From: Squalus acanthias
Taxonomy: Eukaryota
Assembly: GCA_030390025.1 (NCBI GenBank)
Contig: CM059438.1
Coordinates: forward strand, 52,640,001-52,704,000
DNA: 64,000 nucleotides
Direction of reading: 5' to 3'
Under the pieces are notes generated by a model that did no database searches, had not been told where the DNA came from, and saw nothing but the letters and a program-made list of their open reading frames with translations. Shown one piece after another: positions 23,816 through 36,787 of this stretch. Made by a program: the position numbers and the translations under genes. Position 1 is the stretch's first letter. Each line of letters begins with the position of its first letter.

Positions 23816-25430
23816 TTAGCCTAAGATTTGTGGTGGGGAAAATTTTATAGTCTTTAATTAAGGATGAAATTGACATATCTAGATAAAGAGAAAATAGTTA
23901 GAATTAGCCAGCACGTATTTCACAATCCTGCTTGACAAATCTCGGAATTCTTTGAGGAGGTAACAGACATGGTAGATAGGGGACATGCAGTGGTTATAGT
24001 GTACATGAACTTTAGGAAAGTCTTTGACAAGGTACCACACATGAGATTACTAGACAAGATTAAGGGGTAAGGAATCAGGCAGGTTTGGGGGGATAGTAAA
24101 CTGGATTAAATTTTGGTTAGAAGGGAGAAAGCAGAGAATAGAAGGTAAGGACAGTTTTTCAGAGTGGGTGGAACTGGGCAGTGCTTTCCTACAGGGTTCA
24201 GTTCTGGTGCCGCACTTGCTCACTTTGTATATCAATGATTTGGATGTGGGTCTACTGGGAGCTGTGTCAGAAATTGCAGATGATACCAAAATATAGTTAA
24301 TTTTTTACATAGAATTACATAGAATATACAGCACAGAAACAGGCCATTCAGCCCAACCAGTCCATGCCGACGTTTATGCTCCACTCGAGCCTCCTCCCAT
24401 CCTTCCTCATCTAACTCTGTCAGCATTCCCTTCTCCCTCATATGCTTACCTAGCTTCCCTTAAATGCATCTATACTATCCGCCTCAACTATTCCCTGTGG
24501 TAGCGAGTTCCACATTCTCACCACTCTCTGGGTAAAGAAGTTTCTTCAGCATTCCCTATTTGATTTCTTGGTGACTTAGAAAGAATTATGAATTCCAAAG
24601 GAAGCCACAAATGGATATTGATTAGATGGGGAATGGGCTAAAAAGTGGCAGATGGAATTCAATGTCAGTAAGTGTGGAGTAATTTTTTCAGTAAAAAAAG
24701 ACGAACAGCAGTAATTATACTCTGAATGGAAGTAGGCTCGGTGCTGCGGAAGAGCATACAGATATTGGGGGGTCCAGGTTCACAGGACATTAAAGGCAGC
24801 ACCTCAGGTTGATAAGGCCATAAAAAACCTAATGGAATTCTAAGTTTATCACAAGAGGTATAGAATATAAAAGCAAAGAGATAATGAAGAGCCTATATAA
24901 AAGCTTAAAAAGACTTCAATTAGAGTATTGTGTGCTCTACAGGAAGGATATTGAAGGTTAGAGAGGGTACCGCACAGATCATCTAGGATGTTGCCTGGTA
25001 TAAGGAAATGCAAGTACAAAGAAAGACTTGAAAAATTGGGGCTTTTTTCATTAGAACAACACAGATTATGGAGTTGCATGACAGAAGTGTTTAAAATTAT
25101 GAAAGGATGGGACAGAGTAGATAGAAGCAGACTGTTCCCAGTAGTTGAGGGGTCTGGACTGAGGGGCCACAGATACAAGATTCAATGTAATATATTTAGA
25201 ACCGAGGGCAGGAGAAACATCTTCACACAGGCTTTGGAATTCACTTCCAGGGTTAGTGGATGCGGGAGAAACTATATCAACATACAATATCAGATTGGAT
25301 AAATGGATGAAGGAAAAGGCAGACAACTGTGACTAGAACTAGTTGCTCACAGGAACTATAGACACAAACACGAACTAGTTGGGTTTAATAGCCTCTTTCA
25401 GTTTTGTAAATTCTAAAGTATTTCTATAAA
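23816..25430 (+). mobile_element. Old decayed CR1, containing a minus-strand CR1 3' end (~24305-24575)
   Basis: Degenerate RT blocks (tttgacaaggtaccacac, gcagatgataccaaa; YKERLEKLGLFSLEQ); nested piece begins catagaattacatagaa. Confidence 0.7.
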
Positions 25431-25529
25431 TTAACCCATTATTTGTAACCAGAAATTTGACATCTAGTTTAATGGTCATTCATTTATACCAATTAATGTA
25501 ATAATTTTGTTAACTATTTTCTCTTTCAG

Positions 25530-25628
25530 AACATGTTCCTGGCTATTATAAATGATACGTACTCAGAGGTGAAGGCAGATCTTTCAATTCAGAAAAATGA
25601 ACTCCAGATTACAGACATCATTAAACAG
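25530..25628 (+). CDS. PKD2L1: Polycystin-2-like channel exon (99 nt, end of S6)
   Basis: Acceptor ctctttcag, donor gtatgt. Reads [48 protein letters not shown] is the TRPP signature. Confidence 0.95.
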
Positions 25629-26077
25629 GTATGTTTGTGTGTGACAATACTGATATTTTATGTAATAATACACCAATAAAAGTAGTTACAAGTTTCATTG
25701 GTTAAGGATAAGCACATTTCAGGTTGGTTTATGTTGGATATTTCACGTATCAAATCTGTTTCGCAATGTTCATTAACTTATTTGTTATTACTTGTTCTTG
25801 GGATGCGGGATACTGACAAGACAGTGGAGGCAAAATTCGATTAGGCCCGAAAACGGGTGCAGGCAGATCGCGATGCTGCCTGCTCATCACCATGATTGCA
25901 GCGCTGAGCTTAGCGCTAAATGCGCTGCTGATTAGCGCAGCGCTCAACAGGGGGCCCAATATCCTGTGCAGTCTGCTCTCTATTTAAAGGTTGCCTGCAG
26001 AGTCAAAGGCTGTTCTGCACTTCTTAAAGGGGAGGTGCTCTGATACAGAACCTCATTGTTGCTGGAGCTGGAGCGAT

Positions 26078-27984
26078 ATGTCTCACCGGGGGAGAGAGTG
26101 TGCACCTCGGTTCTCAGATGCAGCACTGGAGGCTTTGGTGCAGGGGGTGTACAGGTCCTCTACCCGCAGGGGGGGCAGGAGGCATTCCAGGCACACTGTG
26201 CAAAGCCAGTGGGAGGAAATTGCAGAAGCTGTCAGTGCCAACAGTCTTGCCTCCAGGACATGGATCCAGTGCAGGAAGAAGTTTAATGACCTCACTCGAG
26301 TGGTCAAGGTCAGTGAATGCATCTTCAAATTCCATATCCCACCAACTGCACCACTAGCCTCACACACTGCTCAATGCACCACACCCCCATCAGTCACCTA
26401 CCAACAATCTCTAGCAATAACGACTCATACCTCACAGTCAAAGCTTCACCTCATTCTCATATACATACCACTGCTGCAAGACTCACACCCACACCTTGCA
26501 CACAATGCCAGCTATTCAACCATGACAGCCAGATCACCCAAACACATTGCACCACACTCACTGACACACTTCGCTTTCTCCTGTAGGCCAAGGTGGCTCA
26601 TAACAGGAGAGAGCAGGAACAAACAAGCGGAGGGCAAGTATGGCTGCACAACCTAACCGCCATGGAGGAGAATGTGCTGGAGATCATTGGAGGGCACGTC
26701 ACTGAGGCTGTGGCGCTGGGTGAGGCTGAAAGCATTGATGATGACGGTATGCTCATACCTAATCCTTCTTCTCACATCCCACTTCCCCCTCATCCCACAA
26801 TCTTTTCTCACTTACAAGCTGCTGATGGTGTATGCATGGACATTTTGCTTCCTCCCCCACTCTGCTCACCACAAGCCGATCCTTGTGTCTTTCTCCTTTG
26901 AGATACCCAATAATTGCCAGCAGCCCAGTCTGTGCAGTAAGAAGTAGAGGAGAGTGATGGAGAAGAAGAGGCACCGTTACTCGATCTGACACTCCCAGGC
27001 ACCAGCTCAGAAAATGGAACCGTGTGTACTTTAGAAGGTAGTATAGGGTGGAATCTGCATGTGGTGAGTCGCCAGGCTCGACTGAGCTGCAGCCAAGCCA
27101 GGGGAAAGGGTAACGCAGGTGCCAGCTTCCCAGAAGGCAAGGTTGCACACGTGCCTGCTGCACAGGACTCAGATGAGGACTTCAATGGGGGTGGCCTTCA
27201 GAAGAAGGGTGATGGTCATGCACACAGAAATGCTTGGTGCAATGGCAGGCCTGCCAGAGAGCCTCTTGTCACTGTCAAGGAGCATGGGGAAGTCCGGCTC
27301 CAACAATGTACAGAGCTTTGCGCGGAGCTTGGAGCCCATGATTTCCAGGATGGAAATGATGGGCAACTCCATTAGAGAACTTGTGGACTCAACCATGATG
27401 CTGGGTGTGATGGGCGATGTTGCAGCTTCCATTGCAGCACAAGCGGAAGCGACCCAACATCTGAGTGTTGCAGTGGAAGCTCAGACTTCTGCCATGCAGG
27501 CTCCACTTGCTGCCACGCAAGCTCATACTGCTGCCCTCGTGGCTGGGTTTACAAGTGTGGAAAGGGTCTTGAAGGGTCTCACAGCAGTCCAGCAATCTGT
27601 GCTCCAACAGATGGCTAGGAATGCTGAGGTGCCGCCCAGGGGAGAGGCAGTGGTTCCGTGGAGCAAGAACCTGCTGTCTTCACTCATGATGACAGCATTC
27701 GTACTCCTACCCCTGCCACTCCACCAGTGCCATTGCTGTTGCCTGACAGCCAGCCAGCCCAGACTGCTGCCGCACATGCCGAGGAGGTGCAGTCTACAGC
27801 CTGGCCTTCTAGGCCCAGAGCTGCTCGAGGTCATCCTGCAAGGCCATCTGCAGTGTCCCCCACGGTAAGTCAGCAGCCTTTCACCAGCCATGCTGCAGCC
27901 ACTGGGGTAGCACTGCATAGAAGCACTAGAATAGGCAAAGGAGCACGAAAGACAGATACTAAGGGAATGCACAAGGATGATTAG
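26078..27984 (+). pseudogene. Harbinger Myb/SANT gene (exons 26078-26308, 26587-26746, 26903-27984)
   Basis: APRFSDAALEALV..WEEIAEAVS..RTWIQCRKKFNDLTRVVK|gt and ag|AKVAHNRREQ; exon 3 has in-frame TAA stops and frameshifts. Confidence 0.85.
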
Positions 27985-28149
27985 TTGACTTTGTAATGCT
28001 ATATTGGAATTATTAATTTATAAATTATGTTCGGAATGTTTGTTTTGTGGTGGCTTTCATTTTGGCATTGTGCCCAAGGGGATGCTGTGATGTTCTGTGA
28101 TAGAGAGATGGTAAGGTGGGGAAGTGTTGAACAACGGGGATCTGGGGTT

Positions 28150-29290
28150 TCAGTCAGGGGAAACGGAGTCCGATGATGCACTCACGGACAGCTCGTCCAG
28201 AACAAGGATTTGCAGGCTGCCTCCTCCCTTCTTGCTCCTTTTCGTCCTCCTCCTTGTCCTCCTCCTGAGGTGGTCACGCGACCCGTGATGGCAAGGGCTA
28301 CGCCCTCATTATGTCCAAGTTGTGGAGGATGCAGTAGACCACCACGAATTGGGACACTCGCTCTGGCGAGTACTGGAGAGCTCCTCCTGAATGGTCAAGG
28401 CAGTGGAATTGTTGCTTCAGCACCCCAATGGTCTGCTCGATGAGGTTCTTTGTGGCAGCATGGTTGTCATTATATGATTGCTGGCCACGAGTGGTGGTGT
28501 TGCAGAGTGGTATCATCAGCCAGGTGTAGAGCGGATAGCCCTTGTCGTCGAGCAGCCACCCTCGGGTTTGACGTGGTGGTCAGAGATCACTGGCATAGCA
28601 GATTGGTGCAGGAAGAAAGCATCATGACTGCTGCCAGGATACCGGACATTCACCTTTATGATGCGCTGGGCGTGGTCGCACACACACACACCAACTGCAC
28701 ATTTAGAGAGTGGTAGCCTTTGCGGTTACGGTACATCTCAACATTGATATGCGGCGCCTGCAAAGCCACATGTGTGCAATCGATGGCGCCCTGCACTGTG
28801 GGGATGCCCGATATCCTGGCAAAGCCACATGCATGCTCCTCCTGCTTCTCTCTGTTCAGGGAGAAGACAATGAAGTCTCTTCTGGAGTACAGAGCCTCTG
28901 TGACCTCCCGGATGCAGCGATGGATGGCGAACTGCGATATGTTAGCTATGTCACTTGCTCCAGCCTGGAAGGATCCGCTGGCGAAAGAATTCAGGGCCAC
29001 AGTCACCTTGAGGGCCACTGGCAGCGCCGTCGCCGCCCTGCTCTGAGGATGCAGGTCTGGTTCCAAGAGGTGGCAGAGTTCTGTGAGCACCTCCTTGGTG
29101 AAGTGGAGCCTCTGAATACACTCCTCCTGGCCTAGGTGCAGGTAGGAGAAGTGCTCCCTGGAGACTCTAGGTGGGTAAGGCCTCCTGCTGAGAGCCCTAA
29201 ACCCCCTCTGAGAGCAGCTTGTTTTTGCTGCCTCTGCTCCATCTCCCTTTCGTGCTGCAGCACGAGGGGGACTCCAAGTAGAGCCCCCAT
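28150..29290 (-). pseudogene. Harbinger DDE transposase, frameshifted
   Basis: GAIDCTHVALQAP..YRNRKGYHSLNVQLVC and NLIEQTIGVLKQQFHCLDHSGGALQY lie in different frames. Confidence 0.88.
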
Positions 29291-29774
29291 GATTAGGAGC
29301 AAGTGGTGTAGTCAGAGGCCATCCTTTAAGAGCCAATGCCTTCCCAACGTCCAGCAGCACTCCCTGCACACTTTACAAACTGTTTAAGTATCGTACACCA
29401 AGGCACTACTCATATAAACTGTACAGGAACCAGTCCAAAAGCAAAAAGCAACTTACCTCAAAGTTGCATTGTGTCCCTTTAAGTAGCGCTGGTGGAGGGT
29501 CCATCATACTGCTGAACACACTTTCAACTGTGCGTGTTTAGGAGAGGGCATACAGTGGAGTGGTGACGTCCAAATTGGCAGGTCGTGCGTTGACGTCATG
29601 ATCCGACACATTTGATTTCTTCTGGCGCACACAGGCAACAGCTATGCTGTTGCCCTTCCCAAGATGGTGACCAGTGCGGGCCAAGCCAGAGGTTGGCAGA
29701 AGTGTGGTGAGCGCCATTTTTTCCTTAAAACCGGCCATAACAGCCGGCGCTAAGGTGCAGAATTTCGTGGCCAG

Positions 29775-30035
29775 TATATTGTGCCCATCCATAGTTGCCC
29801 TGAGGGCATTAGATCCAATCGTGTAGTGTGGGACTGGAGTCATATGTAGTCCAGACTGGGCAGGGGTGGCAGGCCCTTCTCTGAAGGACATTCGTGAACC
29901 AGTTGGGTTTTTACAAGAATCTAGCATCTTTCATGGTCTTTTTCTTTCTGGAACCAATCCACAAATGATCAGATTTAATTGAATCCTTTTCACAACTTAC
30001 ACGGTGGGATTTGAACTCTCAACCTTTCAGTTGCG
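29775..30035 (-). mobile_element. SINE whose 3' tail resembles the 3' end of the LINE at 7210
   Basis: B-box-like gttcaaatcc on - (~30008-30017); tail tgcccatccatagttgccctgag resembles LINE tgcccgtccctagttccccttgag. Confidence 0.5.
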
Positions 30036-30304
30036 TTACAATTATCAAGATATTTACTCAGGCCATGAAGAGAGCAGGGGGAGCATTTCCAGATGGAAAA
30101 GCCGGAGGTGAGGGTTTCCCGGACGTGCTACTATTAAATTTTTTCAGCAGGCTTCCTGCTCGACAGACAGCCTGATTAACAGGCCGGCTTCCTATCGGGC
30201 GGTAAAGCCTGCGGCTCAAGGCCGCAGCCGGAAACAGAGAGCAAGGAGGGAGAGATCGAGGAAGGATTGGGGGGCGGACAGGTAGAGGTGTGCTCTTCAG
30301 ATGC

Positions 30305-30446
30305 AGGTCGGGGGAGATTGTGGAGGTCGGGGGGGAGATTGTGGAGGTCGGGGGTCGGGGGGGAGATTGTGGAGGTCGGGGGGGAGATTGTGGAGGTCGG
30401 GGGGGGAGATTGTGGAGGTCGGGGGTCGGGATTGTGGAGGTCGGGG
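30305..30446. repeat. G-rich minisatellite (~21-bp unit ggagattgtggaggtcgggg, about 6 copies)
   Basis: Directly visible tandem array; source of the PPRPPQS-type ORFs. Confidence 0.9.
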
Positions 30447-31260
30447 AAGATTGGATTTCAATGTAAGCAAATGTGAGGTCATCCACTTTGGACCTAAAAT
30501 AGATAGAACAGGGTACTTTCTAAATTGTAATAAGCTAAAAACAGTGGATGTTCAAAGAGACTTGGGGGTTCAGGTACGTAGATCATTAAAATGTCACGAA
30601 CAGGTACAGAAAATAATCAAAAAGGCTAATGGAATGCTGGGCTTTATATCTAGAGGACTAGAATACAAGGGGGTAGAAGTTATGCTGCAGCTGTACAAAG
30701 CCCTGGTTAGACCACACCTGGAGTACTGTGAGCAGTTCTGGGCACCACACCTTAGGAAGGATATATTGGCCTTGGAGGGAGTGCAGCGTAGGTTTACCAG
30801 AATGATACCCGGACTTCAAGGGTTAAGTTACGAGGAGAGATTACACAAATTAGGGTTGTATTCCCTAGAATTTAGAAGGTTAAGGGGTGATCTGATCGAA
30901 GTTTTCAGGATATTAAGGGGAACAGATAGGGTAGAGAGAGAGAAACTATTTCCGCTGGTTGGGGATTCTAGGACAAGGAGCATAGTCTAAAAATTAGAGC
31001 CAGACCTCTCAGGAGTGAAATTAGGAAACACTTCTACACACAAAGGGTGGTAGAAGTTTGGAACTCTCTTTCGCAAATGGCAATTGATGCTAGTTCAATT
31101 GTTAATTTTAAATCGGAGATTGATAGCTTTTTGTTAACATAAAGTATTAAGGGATATGGGCCAAAGGTGGGTATATGGAGTTAGATCGCAGATCAGCCAT
31201 GATCTCATTGAATGGCGGAACAGGCTCGAGGGGCTGAATGGCCTCCTCCTGTTCCAATGT
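30447..31260 (+). mobile_element. CR1 LINE 3' fragment
   Basis: FNVSKCEVIHFG..QRDLGVQV..LYKALVRPHLEYC; 3' UTR gaatggcctcctcctgttcc. Confidence 0.9.
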
Positions 31261-32246
31261 TCCAGTAAAACCGGAAGTGGGCGGGTTGGGGTCGGTTTTG
31301 AAATTTACAACACTTTTACTTCCCACCTGACCCAAACCCACTCATTCTTGGAGGTTAAAATTACCCCCTATATTTCTCTCACAAAAAGTTCCTTTTAAGT
31401 AGTGTTTATTTATAATATTCCCTTTGCAAATCATTTTGATCAGTTCTAGGACTATCCTGTGGTTCCAGTTATGCAGAAATTAAGTTTATAACTGAAATAA
31501 GTGTCTTGATGCTAGCGTGAACTGTAACATTGAATTAATCAGAAGCATCCAGTTTGAAGCCAGCCTGCACTTGTAGTTTAGCCTGAACCATCTGAATCAT
31601 CCAGAGTGTGTAAATCCAATGTGTGAGTTATGATCTAATGTGTACCATTGCATCCCATTCTCTCAGCTCAAAGAGGTTGAAGTTAGGGCTGCAACATTTA
31701 GCCTCGAATCTCTACTTTGCACTTTTTGCAAACTCTGCTCCCTGTTAGTGCCATCATAATGGACAATTCTGACTAGATCTGTTTTCTGTCCAGTATCTGT
31801 TCAAAATAAACCAGAGTTCTAAGTAGATTTATACTTATACCTCTGTAAATATGCTACTTTTTAAAGTACAAACTAATGTGTCAGGGCACACTCCCCATGA
31901 TTTCCAATCCAAAAATCACCTCATCTCATTTGTAAAATTGGCTGCTAATTATCAGCTGCACCTGCATGGAAAAAAATGATTCTGTAACATACTCTTCACA
32001 GGTAGCTTTTGAGTATTTATGATTTCTTGTCACAAGAGCATAGAAATTCCTGTTTGTGATATCAGTGTTCAAAGATTAACACCAACATATGACATTCCTC
32101 TGTGCCTTTAAATTTCCGTGTTAAAATAATGGACAGAGAAATTTCACGTGAGCATGCGTTGGTATCACTTATCAATAAGTTCTAGATTTATATGTCTTTA
32201 TAAGTCATTATCATTTCCTAATACTTTGTGCTGTTTGAATTTATAG

Positions 32247-32368
32247 GGCTATAATAAGGCTTTGATGAAAATGAAGCTGAAAAAGGAGCGAATTTCTGAT
32301 GTGCAGAAAACTCTTGCGAATGGATCCAAGAAGCTGGGTTTTGAGGATTTCAAAAGCAATCTTAAGGA
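32247..32368 (+). CDS. PKD2L1: Polycystin-2-like channel exon (122 nt, cytoplasmic tail)
   Basis: Acceptor tttatag, donor gtatga. Reads GYNKALMKMKLKKERISDVQKTLANGSKKLGFEDFKSNLK + GA. Confidence 0.93.
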
Positions 32369-32594
32369 GTATGAATTTAATTGCAATATAGCTTTTAAAT
32401 TATGGTGGCTAAAAGAATCGCTAACTGGTTACAGGAAATGTTTAAACCAGAATAGTCCAGTTTTCTGAGGGGATGGGAAATTTTGGGAAATACATACCTG
32501 AACTCCTGATATACACACCCAGTGGGAGAGGTTGTGTGCAGGATTTCTTAAAATCAGCTCTTGTAAATAAAAAGAAAAAAAACTGCAGATACTA

Positions 32595-33458
32595 GGGCTG
32601 CGAATTTAATTCTGGAGGCGGTATGGAACTGCTCGGCAGCTTTCGGACCCGCTCCCGGATGCCGTCGGCCCGCAGTTCCAATTTTAGCTTAATTGGCCTC
32701 GTTACGGCCGACGTGCAGGTCCCTCCAGGCAATTGCTTGGAGCATGTCAGTTTCTCGCCTCTGATGACGCGTTTTTGGAGTAAAAATTTAAAGGGGCCAT
32801 GTCCCCTTTGCAAAAAATGTAGATGGGATGGCTTGGTGCTGTATTATCTAGAAAAGGGAGCTGCCGCAGCTGCTCTTCCTCTGAATCTGACGACCAGGAT
32901 GAGAGGATATAAATGTTTCTCATTCCGTAGCTATAGATTTCATTTGAGGCAAGAAGCTTGCAAGCGCACAGTCGAAGTGCCTAAAATTATTCCAATCAGG
33001 TCACACTGCAGATGGCTGTCAGCTTGAACAGTCAAGGTCAGTAGATTTGCAAAATCTTATCCCAAACCTCCAACAACAGGGTTGTTGCATTTGAATGTCA
33101 GCCATGTTACAGGAGTGCTTTTAAAGTTCTGCACCAATTATTACAAATCATCTCCTCCAGCAACTCGTCTCCTTGCAGCTGGCCTGTTTCTGACAAGACG
33201 GGAAACAGGAGCCAGAAGCACGAAAATGGGAAACCACTATCAAAATAGGATTAGCAAGGCAGTTAACAGGCTGTTCGCTGCCTTAACTACCTGTTCCACC
33301 GGTTCCCGTCGGGTCAGTTTGGGAGCGGCCGACCCGACACTCACGAAAATCGGGTGGGGGCGGGATGGAGGCGGGTTGGCAGTCTGAAGCCATTTTTCCG
33401 ATTTTCGCTACAGACCCGCCTCCAAACCCGCCTCCTCAGGGCTATTAAAATCGAGCCC
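32595..33458. mobile_element. ~860-bp non-autonomous sister of the 968-4122 Harbinger, inverted
   Basis: Reverse complement of ~32860-33458 aligns with 968-1530 (gggctcgattttaatagccctgagg..., cagaaacaggcc..., ctgacattcaaatgcaacaac). Confidence 0.85.
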
Positions 33459-33870
33459 TAGAAATCTGAAATAGAAACAAAACAATGGTGGAAATACAGC
33501 AAGTCTTTCGGTATCTGGAAGGAACAAAGGCAGGTAAGCATTTTAGATGGAGATTCTGGGGACAACTTTAACCCTACTCGCCCAGCAGAAACCGTGCAGG
33601 AACGCAGTTAAAATGCCCCAAATCACTTACCTACCCTGGAACCACCAGAATCCCACTGTACGTAATTATATTCTGTTCTCTGCATCAGGCGGCAAGGACA
33701 CCACCCAAAGCTGGCGGGGTCCTTCTTACATATGCATGGCGGATGCTGATGACATCATTGGGACCTGACTGCAATTTTAAGTCAGGCCTGAGCAATGAAG
33801 CTGCTGCAACTTTTCCGCCAGACCAACCTGGGACAGAAGAGGATCAGCTGCAAAGAGGCTGAAAAAGCTA

Positions 33871-36787
33871 GGGGGGAGAAATTCATTACGGTCCCGTTTG
33901 GGGCGCTAACTTTTAAAAGTTGAGAAAATTAGCACCAGGCGCTAATGTTTCTAAACTATTAAAAAATTCAATTTTGCGCTCCAGGAAGGAAGTGGAGTGC
34001 TAAATCAAGCGCTCCACTTCTTGGAGTGCAATCAGCAGCAGGCAGGGCAGAAACTTCAGCAGTGCTGCACACTGGGCCGAGCAGCGCTGCCGCGTTCAAA
34101 GGTTCCTTCCCTCCCTTAAAGGGAAGGGCCATCGCTCCAGGCTCTGCAATAGAGTCATAGAGTTATACAGCACAGAAAGAGGCCCTTCGGCCCATCGTGT
34201 CCACACCGGCCATCAAGCCCTGTCTTTTCTAATCCCATTTTCCAGCACTTGGTCCGTAGCCTTGTATGCTATGGTGTTTCAAGTGCTCATCTAAATGCTT
34301 CTTGAATGTTGTGAGAGTTCCTGCCTCTACCACCCTTTCAGGCAGTGAGTTCCAGATTCCAACCACCCTCTGTGTGAAAAAGTTTTTCCTCAAATCCCCT
34401 CTAAACCTCCTGCCCCTTACCTTGAAACTATGCCCCCTGGTTATTGACCCCTCTACTAAGGGGAAAAGTTCCTTTCTATCTACCCTATCTATGCCCCTCA
34501 TAATTTTCTCACCTCAATCAGGTCCCCTCTCAGCCTTCTCTGCTCTAAGGAAAACAACCCCAGCCTGTCCAGTCTCTCTTCATAGCTGAAGCACTCCAGC
34601 CCAGGTAACATCCTGGTGAATCTCCTCTGCACCCTCTCCAATGCAATCACATCCTTCCTATAGTGTGGTGACCAGAACTGCACACAGTATTCCAGCTGTG
34701 GCCTAACTAGCGTTTTGTACAGCTCCATCATAACCTCCCTGCTGTTATATTCTATGCCTCGGCTAATGAAGGCAAGTATCCCATATGCCTTTTGAACCAC
34801 CTTATCTACCTGTCCTGCTGCTTTCAGGGATCTATGTACATGCACACCAAGGTCCCTCTGATCCTCTGTCCTTCCTAGGGTCCTACCATTCATTGTGTAT
34901 TTCCTTGCCTTGTTGGCCCTCCCAAAATGCATCACCTTACACTTTTCAGGGTTAAATTCCATTTGCCATTGTTCTGCCCATCTAACCAACCCGTCTATAT
35001 CGTCCTGTAGCCTGAGGCTTCCTTCCTCGCTATTTACCACTCCACCAATTTTCGTGTCATCTGCCAACTTACTGATCATACCTCCTACATTCATATCTAA
35101 ATCATTAATGTACACTACAAACAGCAAAGGACCCAGCACCGATCCCTGCGGTACACCACTGGACACAGGCTTCCAGTCACAAAAACAACCTTCGACCATC
35201 ACCCTCTGCCTCCTGCCACTAAGCCAATTTTGAATCCAATGTGCCAAATTGCCCTGGATCCCATGGGCTCTTACCTTCTTGACCAGTCTCCCATGTGGGA
35301 CTTTGTCAAAAGCCTTACTGAAGTCCATGTAGACTACATCAACTGCACTACCCTCATCCACGCACCTAGTCAGCCCCTTGAAAAATTCAATCAAATTGGG
35401 TAGACATGATCTCCCCCTGATAAAGCCATGTTGACTATCCTTGATTAATCCTTGCCTCTCCAAGTGGAGACTAATTCTGTCCCTCAGAATTTTTTCCAAT
35501 AATTTCCCTACCACTGATGTTAGGCTCACTGGCCTGTAATTCCCTGGTTTATCCCTACTACCCTTCTTGAATAATGGTACTACGTTAGCTGTCCTCCAGT
35601 CCTCAGGCACCTCCCCTGTGGCCAGAGAGGATCTGAAAATTTGTGTCAGAGCCCCTGCAATCTCCTGCCTTGCCTCACACAGCAGCCTGGGATACATCTC
35701 GTCTGGGCCTGGGGATTTATCCACTTTTAAGCCCGCTAAAACCGCTAGTACCTCCTCCCTCTCAATACTAATTTGTTCAAGTATATCACAATCCCCCTGC
35801 CTGATTTCTATGCCTATATCGTCCTTCTCCATAGTGAACACAGATGCAAAATATTCATTTAAAACCTCACCCACATCTTCCGGCTCTACACACAGATTGC
35901 CACTTTGGTCCCTAATGGGCCCTACTCTTTCCCTGGTTATCCTCTTGCCCTTAATATACTTATAAAACACCTTGGGATTTTCCTTTATTTTGCCCACCAG
36001 TGTTTTTTCATGCCCCCTCTTCGCTCTCCTAATTTCTTTTTTAAGTACCCCCCTGCACTTTCTATACTCCTCTAGGGCTTCCACTGTTTTCATTCCTTTG
36101 TATCTGCCAAAAGCCTCCCTTTTTTTCCTAATCCATTCTTGTATATTCCTTGACATCCAGGGTTCCCTGGGCTTGTTGGTCCCACCCTTGACCTTTACGG
36201 GAACATGTTGCCGTTGTACTCTCTCTATTTCCTTTCTGAAAGACTCCCACTGCTCTGATGTGGATTTTCCTACAAGTAGCTGATCCCAGTCCACTTTGGC
36301 CAGATCCTGCCTTATCATATTAAAATCGGCCTTCTCCCAATTTAGAACCTTTATTTCCGGTCCATCTTTATAATACCTGTACCACCAAGGCAGCCGCAAT
36401 CCCGCATGATCAGTCCGGCACTCAAGCAGAGTGCTGGGCTGATCGATCGCAGGCAGGAAACCGCGAAAAAAATTGGAACAAGCAAGGTAAGTTTGTTTTT
36501 TTTACTTACCTCGGCCACCTCACCTTTAATCATCACCCCCAAAGTGGCTGGCCGGCCGCCTGATGCACGCCTCCTGCAGCTGTCAGTGTTTACGACCGGC
36601 GCTGCTGCAGGGTGCAGAAGTCAATTTCAGGTCTGGGGCGATGCGCACAGCGATGACGTCATGATCTCCGGGTGGAGATTGGGGCGCAACACCGTAGCGG
36701 CGCCGCAAAACTCCCGCCGAATGTGGCGGGAGTTGATGTCAGCGCCGCGCCCGGTAGCAAAGCCATTTGCGCCCCGTTAGTGCCCCC
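33871..36787. mobile_element. Harbinger-related MITE split by a CR1
   Basis: Left end ggggggagaaatt..cccgtttggggcgctaac and right part tttgcgccccgttagtgcc resemble the two ends of the intact 47136-51301 element; right TIR not found. Confidence 0.55.
34150..36372 (-). mobile_element. 5'-truncated CR1 LINE with largely open RT
   Basis: ORF 34498-36399 (KSPGPD, NYRPVSLTS, QHGF, DFSKAFDKVPH, GVPQGSVLGP, ADDTK), with a frameshift into ORF 34229-34501. Confidence 0.93.

Larger units (their letters stand above)
25826..29772. mobile_element. Full-length but inactivated Harbinger (Myb gene +, transposase -)
   Basis: 3-bp TSD AGT on both sides; termini ggaggcaaaattc / gaatttcgtggcc; two convergent genes. 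Confidence 0.85.

Noticed and set aside
30058..30486. Pro-rich and Gly-rich repeat ORFs
   Set aside because: Translations of the G-rich minisatellite.
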